A stretch of DNA of 27,835 nt from a virus (IMGVR_UViG_3300044513_004080:1-27835); one strand, 5' to 3'; counted from the stretch's first letter, positions 7,852 through 15,881 are shown. The notes: generated by a model from the sequence alone, not told the origin. Translations and numbers: made by a program.

Positions 7852-8789
7852 TTGAATTCACACTCCACCATAAGTTCAGTTAGACAAGCAAGCATATTTA
7901 TTTCTTGATCCGCCACAAATGCTGCCTGATACTGATACTTAGCAAGCACAAGCACAGCAGCAGGAACGCTATTGTTTTCAAGGGATGTATAACAAGCATC
8001 GTAAATACGACGCATAAGTACAGTAGTATCATTGTCCATATTAGATACCACCCACTTCCGAACTTCGGGGAAGTTCTTTTCTTTGAGATTTTTAACGAGT
8101 TCATTTACAGCAACATCAGAGAAAGTAGCAAGAATACCAGCATCAATCTTTCCACTTACAGAATAACGCTGACACTCATTCAAAACACGACGCCAATCTG
8201 GGAAGTGTTTATTGATGAGTTCTACCAGGACCTTGTTATCATATTCAATGCCCTCAGCACCCAAGATCTCTTGGAGACGCTTGAAGAACTGTGCTGCAAT
8301 TCCTTGGCGGTCTTTTCCTTTGATTCCAAACTCCACAACGGCACATCGAGAGTGGAGGGGCTCAAGGATTTTGTTTTTGTAGTTACAGGTGAAGATGAAT
8401 CGGCAGTTGCCAGCAAACTCCTCAATAAACGCCCGTAGGCAGAGTTGTACGTCGTTGGACGTGTTATCTGCCTCATCAATGATGATGACTTTGTGTTTAG
8501 CAGTTGCTGTAAGCGATACGGTCGAAGCGAAGTTCTTCGCATTGTTTCTGACAGTATCAAGGAATCGACCCTCATCGGATCCGTTAATGACATAAACATC
8601 TACTCCAAGTTCATTACACAGTGCCTTTGCAACCGTGGTCTTACCAATACCTGGAGGACCAGCGAGAAGCATATTAGGAATCTCGCCCTTATTTAGAAAG
8701 TCCTGAAATGTTTTTTTAGTTGTTTCTGGAAGAATACATTCTTCAATAGTTTTGGGGCGATACTTTTCAACCCAAATAAAATTACTCAT
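7848..8789 (-). CDS. gp44: clamp loader large subunit (gp44)
   Basis: WVEKYRP, GPPGIGKT, IIIDEAD and SRC motifs. Confidence 0.98.
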   Translation of the reverse strand: MSNFIWVEKYRPKTIEECILPETTKKTFQDFLNKGEIPNMLLAGPPGIGKTTVAKALCNELGVDVYVINGSDEGRFLDTVRNNAKNFASTVSLTATAKHKVIIIDEADNTSNDVQLCLRAFIEEFAGNCRFIFTCNYKNKILEPLHSRCAVVEFGIKGKDRQGIAAQFFKRLQEILGAEGIEYDNKVLVELINKHFPDWRRVLNECQRYSVSGKIDAGILATFSDVAVNELVKNLKEKNFPEVRKWVVSNMDNDTTVLMRRIYDACYTSLENNSVPAAVLVLAKYQYQAAFVADQEINMLACLTELMVECEFK

Positions 8790-9339
8790 GTTCAGATAAT
8801 GTAATGTTGAAAGATAAGGTTTTCCTTACTTCGTCACTTAAATGTGGGCTTACTCCATGCAAAGTATATGCAGGAAAGAAAAGCATGTCTCCAGGGACAA
8901 TATCAGGATACCATGCATCTCGTATATTTGCAAGCTTTTCAATTAACGGTGGAACAAACCCCATCATTCTATTTTGAAAATAAAATCTTGCAAAATCTTC
9001 TCCAGAGTTTAGGAATAATACTGTAGCAAAATCACAGTTTACATGTCGATGAACTTCCTGGAAATAATTACGCTTATAAAAATTAATCCAAGGATAATCA
9101 GTTTGAACACTACCATTCCAACCAATTTGCCCACAAAATTGCTTAATGGCAGGATTTAAAATAGGTCTCCACTCTTCTCGATCTAGAGAAATAGTTTTAA
9201 CAATACAATTAGTACCCCAATTATCTTTTTGGATTTGACTATTATTGACTTCAATTTTGTCAACCTTTGATAGTATTTCCTCAAAGTTTGGTGGTCTAAC
9301 TTGTATAAAGAAATCTATTGGAAATAGTTGCGTAATCAT
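8782..9339 (-). CDS. 2OG-Fe(II) oxygenase superfamily protein
   Basis: WINFY, QEVHRH, GDMLFFPAYTLHGV and RKTLSFN; start taken at MITQLFP (ATGA overlap). Confidence 0.85.
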   Translation of the reverse strand: MITQLFPIDFFIQVRPPNFEEILSKVDKIEVNNSQIQKDNWGTNCIVKTISLDREEWRPILNPAIKQFCGQIGWNGSVQTDYPWINFYKRNYFQEVHRHVNCDFATVLFLNSGEDFARFYFQNRMMGFVPPLIEKLANIRDAWYPDIVPGDMLFFPAYTLHGVSPHLSDEVRKTLSFNITLSEHE

Positions 9340-9458
9340 ATCCATTCTGGTTTTTTCAATATAGAGGTAGGAACAATTTCCAACCATTCATTCCCATCAA
9401 AAATATACAACTTATGTGTAACCTTGTCAAGGAAAACATCACCCTTTTGATAGGTCAT
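9336..9458 (-). CDS. small hypothetical protein (40 aa; not in the ORF track)
   Basis: MTYQKGDVFLDKVTHKLYIFDGNEWLEIVPTSILKKPEWI*; ATGA overlaps at both ends. Confidence 0.7.
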   Translation of the reverse strand: MTYQKGDVFLDKVTHKLYIFDGNEWLEIVPTSILKKPEWI

Positions 9459-9472
9459 ACCCATTCTGGTTT
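9336..9472. repeat. 18-nt imperfect direct repeat flanking the 40-aa ORF
   Basis: tcatatccattctggttt (9336-9353) versus tcatacccattctggttt (9455-9472): 17 of 18 identical. Confidence 0.8.
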
Positions 9473-9964
9473 GCGTTGGGGCATACGAAGATAGTTGTCT
9501 TTCACCCAAGGTTTGGATGCAATATACATCTTATATGCGTCAAAGGTAGAAATACTAGTATCAAACTTGTATTCCTCAGGCATTGCACGTGCAAATGGAG
9601 TCACTTCATCTAGTCTACCTTTAGGGAAAAGGTAATAAGCATGAGTCAGTGTCCCTTCACAGGAGTGTTGTTTATTATAGCGTAGAGTATACTCTTGGCA
9701 CAAGTTCAATCCCCACTTGATGAGCCAATAGGTATTGTCCACCGTCTCTGCCGCCCATTTGGTACATGGGTGGTTGCGGAAGGCACCTTTTTCTGTCTTG
9801 TAGGCAGTGCCGTCTTGTTTGGGAAGAACCCCATAATCATGATACCAGGAAGAAGCAATAATGCTAAGCATCTGGCAGCACTCAAGCGGCATCTTGACAA
9901 TGTGTTTGTCAGGAAGACAGATAGCACTTTCAGCAGGGAAAGGATTCGTGACAAAAATATTCAT
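9455..9964 (-). CDS. pyrimidine dimer DNA glycosylase / endonuclease V-like protein
   Basis: MNIFVT...LPDKHIVKMPLECCQML, NHPCTKW, LCQEYTLRY and FARAMPEEYK. Confidence 0.85.
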   Translation of the reverse strand: MNIFVTNPFPAESAICLPDKHIVKMPLECCQMLSIIASSWYHDYGVLPKQDGTAYKTEKGAFRNHPCTKWAAETVDNTYWLIKWGLNLCQEYTLRYNKQHSCEGTLTHAYYLFPKGRLDEVTPFARAMPEEYKFDTSISTFDAYKMYIASKPWVKDNYLRMPQRKPEWV

Positions 9965-10299
9965 TCCAAAGGTCGAGTAAATGATTTACTTACGATGCTT
10001 TTGGAGTCAAGCATCATCTTCATGTATTTTACACCCTCCTTGGGTTTCGTGTGATCCCCACAGGTGAAAATGTCACACACTGCCATACCCAACTCTGGCC
10101 AAGTGTGAATGCTGATATGACTTTCAGCAAGCATTGCCACACAAGTGACACCCTGAGGTTCGAACTTGTGTGAGTTGAGTGCTAGCAAAGTAGAATTACA
10201 CTTGACTGATGCCTGGTAAACAACATCCCTTACAAACCTTTCGTCATCTAAGAACGATTTGTTACACTCCTTGAGTGTAAAGAGAATATGTTTCATCAT
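9961..10299 (-). CDS. speD: pyruvoyl-dependent S-adenosylmethionine decarboxylase-like proenzyme
   Basis: HKFEPQGVT, LAESHISIHTWPE (E-S self-cleavage site) and DIFTCG. Confidence 0.93.
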   Translation of the reverse strand: MMKHILFTLKECNKSFLDDERFVRDVVYQASVKCNSTLLALNSHKFEPQGVTCVAMLAESHISIHTWPELGMAVCDIFTCGDHTKPKEGVKYMKMMLDSKSIVSKSFTRPLE

Positions 10300-10982
10300 C
10301 CAAAAGTAGAATCAGGTTCCAGGGCAATGTAATATGTCAGTTCATGATTCTTAGAAGTAAATCGAGAAAGAAGTTTTTTAGAAACCACTACTTCATAAGT
10401 TCCAGGAACAACTTTAATATTCTCAACCTTAAAGTTGAAAGAAAAATTATCTTCCGTTTCACCAACGACAATGGCAAAATCATTAGAAGTATCGTTCTTT
10501 TTATCACGAACCACCAGTTTCACAACACCATTCTCACCAACAGCGGAAAGATCTGGCAGTTGATAAACTGCTGCTGCTTTCAAAAGTTTTTCCAGTTGAT
10601 CCGTACTCACTTCAAAACAAACATCTTGGGAGGGAAGTGTAATCTCTTTCTCTGGTGGAGTAATAATTACATTAGGATCTGCGAAGAAATACTTGGATCG
10701 CATTTTACCTTCTTTGATTACCACATATCCATCATTGGTGAAATCCAATTCTGGACTATGATGCAAACTTAAACCATTCAGAAACTGGTTCAAATCATAG
10801 ATGGCAAAATCTTTAGGAAACTCTTCTGCGATAGTTACTTCGGCAAGAATGTTCTTCATAATAGAAATGGTACGAAGTTTTTTACCATTCTTGAACACAA
10901 TTGATTGGTTAATATTTGAAAAATTTTTGAGAAGAGAAATGGTTGAATCGGAAAGTTTCATGTAATTTGGACTCAGTTTCAT
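10296..10982 (-). CDS. gp45: sliding clamp (gp45)
   Basis: MKLSDSTISLLKNFSNINQSI, FAIYDLNQFL and YYIALEPDS; an alternative start lies at 10961. Confidence 0.97.
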   Translation of the reverse strand: MKLSPNYMKLSDSTISLLKNFSNINQSIVFKNGKKLRTISIMKNILAEVTIAEEFPKDFAIYDLNQFLNGLSLHHSPELDFTNDGYVVIKEGKMRSKYFFADPNVIITPPEKEITLPSQDVCFEVSTDQLEKLLKAAAVYQLPDLSAVGENGVVKLVVRDKKNDTSNDFAIVVGETEDNFSFNFKVENIKVVPGTYEVVVSKKLLSRFTSKNHELTYYIALEPDSTFG

Positions 10983-11452
10983 TGGTTGTAGGTTTCACGT
11001 TTTGCGTTCTTATCATTAAAATGCAACAACAGAACGGCATAGTGAAGGATCTTCATGATATCACGGCGGGCACTTCCCTTCTTATCGTAACGGGAAGCAT
11101 ACTTGAGGATGTTACTGCGGCAGAATGCTTCACCATCTCCACATGCTTCGATCAGATCAAGGGTTTGAATCTTGTCATCGCCTGCAGAGTAATGCTGTGT
11201 GTAAGTACCAGAAATATAATCTGATAGTTCTTTAAGGATAGTATCTTCGCTATACTTATATCGACGGTTTTCTGAAATGTTCATATCAAAGGTAATAGTA
11301 TCTTGTCCAATTCCATACATTGAGCTGTATGGAATTGATTGTGCGGCACCATATGAAATGGTATCAGTACCCTCACCACCAAAAATAACAGTTTCTGGAT
11401 TCAGAAGGTACTCATAATTGTCTTCACCAAGAGAATCAATCATTGTACTCAA
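10979..11452 (-). CDS. DUF3310-like protein
   Basis: QHY...IQTLDLIE...FCRSNILKYASRYDKKG..RRDIMKILHY; start uncertain (TTG at 11452 or ATG at 11443). Confidence 0.75.
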   Translation of the reverse strand: MSTMIDSLGEDNYEYLLNPETVIFGGEGTDTISYGAAQSIPYSSMYGIGQDTITFDMNISENRRYKYSEDTILKELSDYISGTYTQHYSAGDDKIQTLDLIEACGDGEAFCRSNILKYASRYDKKGSARRDIMKILHYAVLLLHFNDKNAKRETYNQ

Positions 11453-11475
11453 AAAGTAAACTCCAAGTAGTAAAT

Positions 11476-11504
11476 ATTATATCAGAAAGGTGCCTTAGGC
11501 GCAA
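11476..11504 (-). promoter_or_regulatory. sigma70-like promoter overlapping the cobS 3' end
   Basis: TTGCGC-17 nt-TATAAT; the cobS stop TGA supplies the extended -10 TG. Confidence 0.6.
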
Positions 11505-12579
11505 CTTCTTCGGTAGGAAGTTGGAAATCTGCATCCACTTTATCATAGAGCTCAATGAATGCCTGCTTGGTTTCATCGTCAAAGCGATTGACACACACTT
11601 GGATTGCCTTTGCCTTGTCTTGGAAGATGCTGTAGGCACGGATGATGTGGACCAGGCGACGGGTGCTAATGATCTCCTCAATACCACCGTCATAGAAGGT
11701 CTTGCGGATGATATCACCCCAGTCCACCAGGCGCTTACAGAAATCACGGTCTTCCACGCCAAGATCCAGAGCGATGCCTTCAAGGATCTTCTGCTCCGTA
11801 GCAGGGGCAGGGTAGGACTGCTCAAAGGTCACAGGGAAACGCTCCAGGAATGCCTCGTTGAGCACGTTGGTGCCGATAAAACGACCATCTTCAGATCCCT
11901 TACCTTTAGTGTTGGCAGTGGCGATAACGTTGAAACCAGCAGCAGGTTTTACAAACTTGCCAATTTTTTTCAAGAACACACCCTTACCTTCAAGGATGGA
12001 TTGAAGGCAGAGGATTTTATTGCTAGCAAGGTCAATTTCATCGAGTAGCAGGATTGCTCCTCGTTGGAGTGCTTCCACGACAGGTCCGTTATGCCAAACA
12101 GTTGCCCCATCGACAAGACGGAAACCACCAATAAGATCGTCTTCATCAGTTTCAATAGTAATGTTTACACGAATCAATTCTCGCCCCAATTGAGCACACG
12201 CTTGCTCCACACTGAACGTTTTACCGTTACCCGAAAGACCCGTAATGAACGTAGGATAAAAAAGATTGGACTGAATAATTTTTTTAAGATCAGCAAAATT
12301 ACCAAACTTGACGAAGGTATCATCTTTTTCAGGGATGAGATTTTGTTCTACAAAAGGAATAGCAGCAGGTCCTTTTACAGTTTCTTCGAGTTGCTCACGC
12401 ACCTCTTGGATAGTCAGATTCCACTTACCACGACCAGTCTTAAAATCGTTGAGTTTACTAGTGACCGTTTGATAATTAGAACCATTCATAGCACACCAGG
12501 CACGGATATCAGCAGCAGTCACAGACTCTCCATACACTGCTTGGAGAGAAGTGCGAATATAGTCAGCGGTGATGGTCAT
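11482..12579 (-). CDS. cobS: CobS/MoxR-type AAA+ ATPase
   Basis: GLSGNGKT, RVNITIETDEDDLIGG, LLLDEID, ATANTKG, LNEAFLERF and STRRL; start taken at MTITAD, downstream of the TATAAT. Confidence 0.93.
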   Translation of the reverse strand: MTITADYIRTSLQAVYGESVTAADIRAWCAMNGSNYQTVTSKLNDFKTGRGKWNLTIQEVREQLEETVKGPAAIPFVEQNLIPEKDDTFVKFGNFADLKKIIQSNLFYPTFITGLSGNGKTFSVEQACAQLGRELIRVNITIETDEDDLIGGFRLVDGATVWHNGPVVEALQRGAILLLDEIDLASNKILCLQSILEGKGVFLKKIGKFVKPAAGFNVIATANTKGKGSEDGRFIGTNVLNEAFLERFPVTFEQSYPAPATEQKILEGIALDLGVEDRDFCKRLVDWGDIIRKTFYDGGIEEIISTRRLVHIIRAYSIFQDKAKAIQVCVNRFDDETKQAFIELYDKVDADFQLPTEEVAPKAPF

Positions 12580-12604
12580 TGAGTGGTTTGTTTGAACTAA
12601 AGTT

Positions 12605-12663
12605 ATTATAGTACTAAAAAGGGGGTCAGAAGACCCCCAGTGGACAGTTCTACTTCTGTCCAC
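12605..12663 (-). promoter_or_regulatory. phage promoter element: palindrome, hairpin and TATAAT
   Basis: GTGGACAG-N8-CTGTCCAC, then GGGGGTC-ttct-GACCCCC-TTTTT, then TATAAT at 12610-12605; no canonical -35. Confidence 0.7.
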
Positions 12664-12772
12664 TCATTCGATCCCAATCGTACTTCATTGCCTGAAGTGC
12701 CCATGCCTGGGTTAATGACTTAGGACCATTTTTTAAAATATTAATCTGATAATCACTCAGATCACTCTTCAT
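12650..12772 (-). CDS. small hypothetical protein (40 aa; not in the ORF track)
   Basis: MKSDLSDYQINILKNGPKSLTQAWALQAMKYDWDRMSGQK*; fills the gap. The start has no clear SD. Confidence 0.55.
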   Translation of the reverse strand: MKSDLSDYQINILKNGPKSLTQAWALQAMKYDWDRMSGQK

Positions 12773-12944
12773 TTGCAGGTAGTTCTGCTTCCACTGCTGG
12801 TTCATTTTTAGGTGCCTCAACTTTACGTACTGGTGCAGGTGCAGATACTTTTTTTGCGGATGCGACTGGTTTTGGTTGCAGTTTAGGTGCAGGTGCAGGT
12901 TCTGGTGCGGGTGTTCCGAACGCCAAATCAGTAAATCTTCCCAT
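12762..12944 (-). CDS. Pro/Ala-rich small hypothetical protein
   Basis: 60 aa ORF with PAPEPAPAP low-complexity repeats. Confidence 0.7.
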   Translation of the reverse strand: MGRFTDLAFGTPAPEPAPAPKLQPKPVASAKKVSAPAPVRKVEAPKNEPAVEAELPANEE

Positions 12945-12954
12945 GGTTAGTTAA

Positions 12955-13182
12955 TTAATCTTCGTTAGTGTTTTGATTATTTAGTTCTTCAAGAGCTTTT
13001 TGTTTCTTTCTTTCTTGAGCTTCTTTGTATACTCTTTCATTTTCAGCAACCTGTTTTTCTTTCTCTGCTTGGATTTCCAGTAACCTTTCCATATCAGGAT
13101 ATTTCACCATTTTAATTCCAATTTTATCAATCATAGGAGGAAAGGAAATTTCCTCAATGTTTGGTTGTGGTTCTTGTGTCAT
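12955..13182 (-). CDS. hypothetical protein with coiled-coil character
   Basis: 75 aa E/K/Q-rich ORF directly after the vWA gene. Confidence 0.7.
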   Translation of the reverse strand: MTQEPQPNIEEISFPPMIDKIGIKMVKYPDMERLLEIQAEKEKQVAENERVYKEAQERKKQKALEELNNQNTNED

Positions 13183-13187
13183 AATTG

Positions 13188-15314
13188 TCAGGCAATAAGT
13201 TCTATAAATTCTCCAAGAATTTTTTTATTCATCTTCTTGGACCTAAGACTCTTCACAAATGCAGATTTGATTTGAGTTTTTGTTGCACATTCAGCAACTT
13301 CAAATTCAGCATCCTGTGCCAAAGCATTTGCCGAAAGGCCAAAATATTTATGATATCCAGAAGTAGTAATAGTAAAAGACTTATTCTTCTTCCAAGAATT
13401 CATAGTTTCATTGAGAGTTTTTCCATAGTATCCACAATAACGCCGAATGAAAGATCCCGAATCTCTACTCTCAAGAACACGAATACCAATAAAGTTAATA
13501 TCCTTGAAAATATCTTTCAGGTTACGGAGAAGAATATCAGTAAACTCATACCACTCACAATCAAGAGAATATGTATGACCGATTTTACGATCCCTAAGGA
13601 AAGAATTATTTCGGATAGATGCTGTACCCAAGAAAGGTTCATCTTCCCAATGTCGATTCAATTCACGATCATATTTTGACATACATGCTTCACCATCAGT
13701 CAGAATCACACACTGAACTTTTTGCAGTTTGTTCTCTGCTTTAAATTTGGGAAGAATTTGATGTAGAGAAATTAATGCTTCATTCAAAGGAGTTCCAGAA
13801 AGACTCATCCCATAAGGAAGATAATAATAAACGTAGTGATTAAAAGAATATGCAGTACGGAAGATATTCTTCATGTGAACTTCAAGAGTTTTAGAATTTA
13901 CTTTACTACTTAGAATATTCATCATAGAAAAGTAGTCTGGGACATGAATTTTTCCATGCTTCCTCTCATACGCCCAATCACGTCCCTCTTTAAGATCAAA
14001 GCGAGGATAATCACTAGTAAAGGCATAAACTTCGAAAGGAATACCAACTTTCTTACAGAACCAAACCAGATTATAAAGTTGCTTAATGGTATCCATCATC
14101 ACTTGTCCCATCGATCCAGACCAATCCAGAACAAACACGAGACCGTGATTCTTACCGTCAGCAAGAGTAGTTACCTTCTTGAAGAGATCTTCGCTGTATT
14201 TGTAAGTGTGAAGTTTAGAGCAGTCCAGAACACCAGTGCGGGCAGTGGTAGCACGAGCATATGAGTCTGCTGCCTTGCGACACTCAAACTCTTTCACCAG
14301 ATAGTTGACTTCTCTTTGAGAAGACTTTTTAAATTCTAGATATTTTTGATCAACAAGATCAAAGATATCACGATCTTTTTCATCTTCATACTTTTCAAGA
14401 GAAGAAATCCATGCTTCCTCACATCGTTGATGGATTTCAGAATTTGGGATAATAACTTTATCCAAATTAAGTTTAGGAATTTCTAGATAAACAGTCTCTT
14501 CCGATTTTTTATCGATAAGATCCTTAAGTGCTTCCTCAAGTGCTTCCGCAGTTTTCACTTCTGGTTCCTCATTGGTTTCACCACCAGCAGAAGTAGGTTG
14601 CTGCTGTTGTTCAGCAGTGCCACCGAAAGAATCAGTTTCGCCAGGTTGCTCCTGTTCACCCTCATTCTCACCCTCAGGTTGATCGGAGAAATCAGAAGCA
14701 CCTTGATTAGAACCAGAAGTCTGAGACTCCAGATTATCCATAGGAGTCTTGGTTTCTTCTTGCTGTTTTTTCTTACAGAACTTGTAGAGGAATTCTGCGG
14801 CAATCAGAACATCAGAGAAAGTCTCACACTCACCGATCATACGAACGATGGGCATCTCATCAAAATCATCAAAAGGAATTTCTACAAAGTTACCAATCTT
14901 GTAATGCAGATTGACCTTATCAGCAAGATTGTAAGTAGTAATATCATCATCACCTAGTTGAAAAAAGTCTTCATCAGCAAGTTCCTGATACCCACGATAA
15001 AATGTTTTAGAAATACCAGCGTAACGGCGTTTCATCATTTTTTCAATACGAACATCTTCAACAATGTTCACAAACTGAGGTGGAACTTTATGTGTCTTCA
15101 ACCAATCCTCATCAGGAGTATAGAGAGCGTGTCCAACCTCATGTCCAACAAGCATATCATAAACATCAGAGCTTGCCTTTTCCCATTTGGGAAGGGTCAG
15201 TACACGGGTATGAACATTAAACTGTGCAGTCTCAACTTGACGATGCTCAACAACCAGATCCTCAGTGGCAAGCAGTTTAGCAAGTTGTGACTTGATTTCG
15301 TGGCGAACGGTCAT
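13188..15314 (-). CDS. metallopeptidase-like and vWA domain protein (CobT-like partner of the AAA ATPase)
   Basis: N-terminal HEVGH and NIVEDVRIE, acidic linker, MIDAS motif VLDWSGSM, SGTPL and ILTDGE; start taken at MTVRHEIK. Confidence 0.88.
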   Translation of the reverse strand: MTVRHEIKSQLAKLLATEDLVVEHRQVETAQFNVHTRVLTLPKWEKASSDVYDMLVGHEVGHALYTPDEDWLKTHKVPPQFVNIVEDVRIEKMMKRRYAGISKTFYRGYQELADEDFFQLGDDDITTYNLADKVNLHYKIGNFVEIPFDDFDEMPIVRMIGECETFSDVLIAAEFLYKFCKKKQQEETKTPMDNLESQTSGSNQGASDFSDQPEGENEGEQEQPGETDSFGGTAEQQQQPTSAGGETNEEPEVKTAEALEEALKDLIDKKSEETVYLEIPKLNLDKVIIPNSEIHQRCEEAWISSLEKYEDEKDRDIFDLVDQKYLEFKKSSQREVNYLVKEFECRKAADSYARATTARTGVLDCSKLHTYKYSEDLFKKVTTLADGKNHGLVFVLDWSGSMGQVMMDTIKQLYNLVWFCKKVGIPFEVYAFTSDYPRFDLKEGRDWAYERKHGKIHVPDYFSMMNILSSKVNSKTLEVHMKNIFRTAYSFNHYVYYYLPYGMSLSGTPLNEALISLHQILPKFKAENKLQKVQCVILTDGEACMSKYDRELNRHWEDEPFLGTASIRNNSFLRDRKIGHTYSLDCEWYEFTDILLRNLKDIFKDINFIGIRVLESRDSGSFIRRYCGYYGKTLNETMNSWKKNKSFTITTSGYHKYFGLSANALAQDAEFEVAECATKTQIKSAFVKSLRSKKMNKKILGEFIELIA

Positions 15315-15335
15315 CGGTCTGTTGCGTATGGACCT

Positions 15336-15393
15336 ATTATACAAAAGAACCCCGCTGTTTAGGCGGGGTCATGTGACGCTTTTTAAACTGGCG
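15336..15393 (-). promoter_or_regulatory. second copy of the palindrome/hairpin/TATAAT promoter element
   Basis: GCGCCAG-N8-GCGTCAC, then GACCCCGC-ctaaaca-GCGGGGTTC-TTTT, then TATAAT at 15341-15336. Confidence 0.65.
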
Positions 15394-15483
15394 CAGTGCT
15401 TCGCGCCGAGATCTCATTGCTTGCGGTTTAAGTTTTCGTTTCTGATCTTTCTTGGAATGGTGCTGCCAGTTTGGGGTGTTCAT
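15337..15483 (-). CDS. small basic hypothetical protein (48 aa; not in the ORF track)
   Basis: MNTPNWQHHSKKDQKRKLKPQAMRSRREALRQFKKRHMTPPKQRGSFV*; ATGA overlap with the glutaredoxin-like gene and AGGA SD. Confidence 0.7.
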   Translation of the reverse strand: MNTPNWQHHSKKDQKRKLKPQAMRSRREALRQFKKRHMTPPKQRGSFV

Positions 15484-15737
15484 TTTCCTACTGCAAGAAG
15501 TCCTAATTCGCTAAGATATTGTAATGCATCTTTAATGCCACCAATGTGCTTATAACCAATGCTTATCTGTGGATATGTTACTTCTGATCCAAACTCCATA
15601 CGGAATTGTTTATCACTGAAATCTACACCAAGTAAATACTCGTGAAACTCACCCCCAAGTGCTTTAAGTAGCATACTTATGCGTTCACATTCTTGACTTC
15701 CGTCAGAATAGATTACTGCTGTTAGTTTATCGGTCAT
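15480..15737 (-). CDS. glutaredoxin-like protein
   Basis: AVIYS..SQEC, TYPQI and HIGG; only one Cys. Confidence 0.8.
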   Translation of the reverse strand: MTDKLTAVIYSDGSQECERISMLLKALGGEFHEYLLGVDFSDKQFRMEFGSEVTYPQISIGYKHIGGIKDALQYLSELGLLAVGK

Positions 15738-15879
15738 TTTTTCTAATAACGGAAATTACCTTTTGATCTGGATACATTTTAGAAATAACTTCATGGGCAT
15801 CCTCATAATCAATAGCATCTTCAACACTATGATAATTTATACAATATTCATCAAAGTCCCACGTTTGTACTTCATACAT
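15727..15879 (-). CDS. small hypothetical protein (50 aa; not in the ORF track)
   Basis: MYEVQTWDFDEYCINYHSVEDAIDYEDAHEVISKMYPDQKVISVIRKNDR*; fills the gap. Confidence 0.65.
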   Translation of the reverse strand: MYEVQTWDFDEYCINYHSVEDAIDYEDAHEVISKMYPDQKVISVIRKNDR

Positions 15880-15881
15880 AA

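Noticed and set aside
11443-12582. Long plus-strand ORFs (201 and 172 aa) opposite cobS, and similar ones opposite gp43, gp44, gp45 and gp22
   Set aside because: They are antisense shadows of well-conserved genes with no recognisable motifs.
12580-12663. ORF-track N-terminal extensions of cobS (also of the vWA gene, gp62, regA and the 2OG oxygenase)
   Set aside because: They run through promoters or upstream genes; downstream ATG starts fit the regulatory signals and stop/start coupling better.
12829-12915. GGTGCA-type short tandem repeats
   Set aside because: They simply encode Pro-Ala repeats; there is no spacer structure, so this is not a CRISPR or other array.
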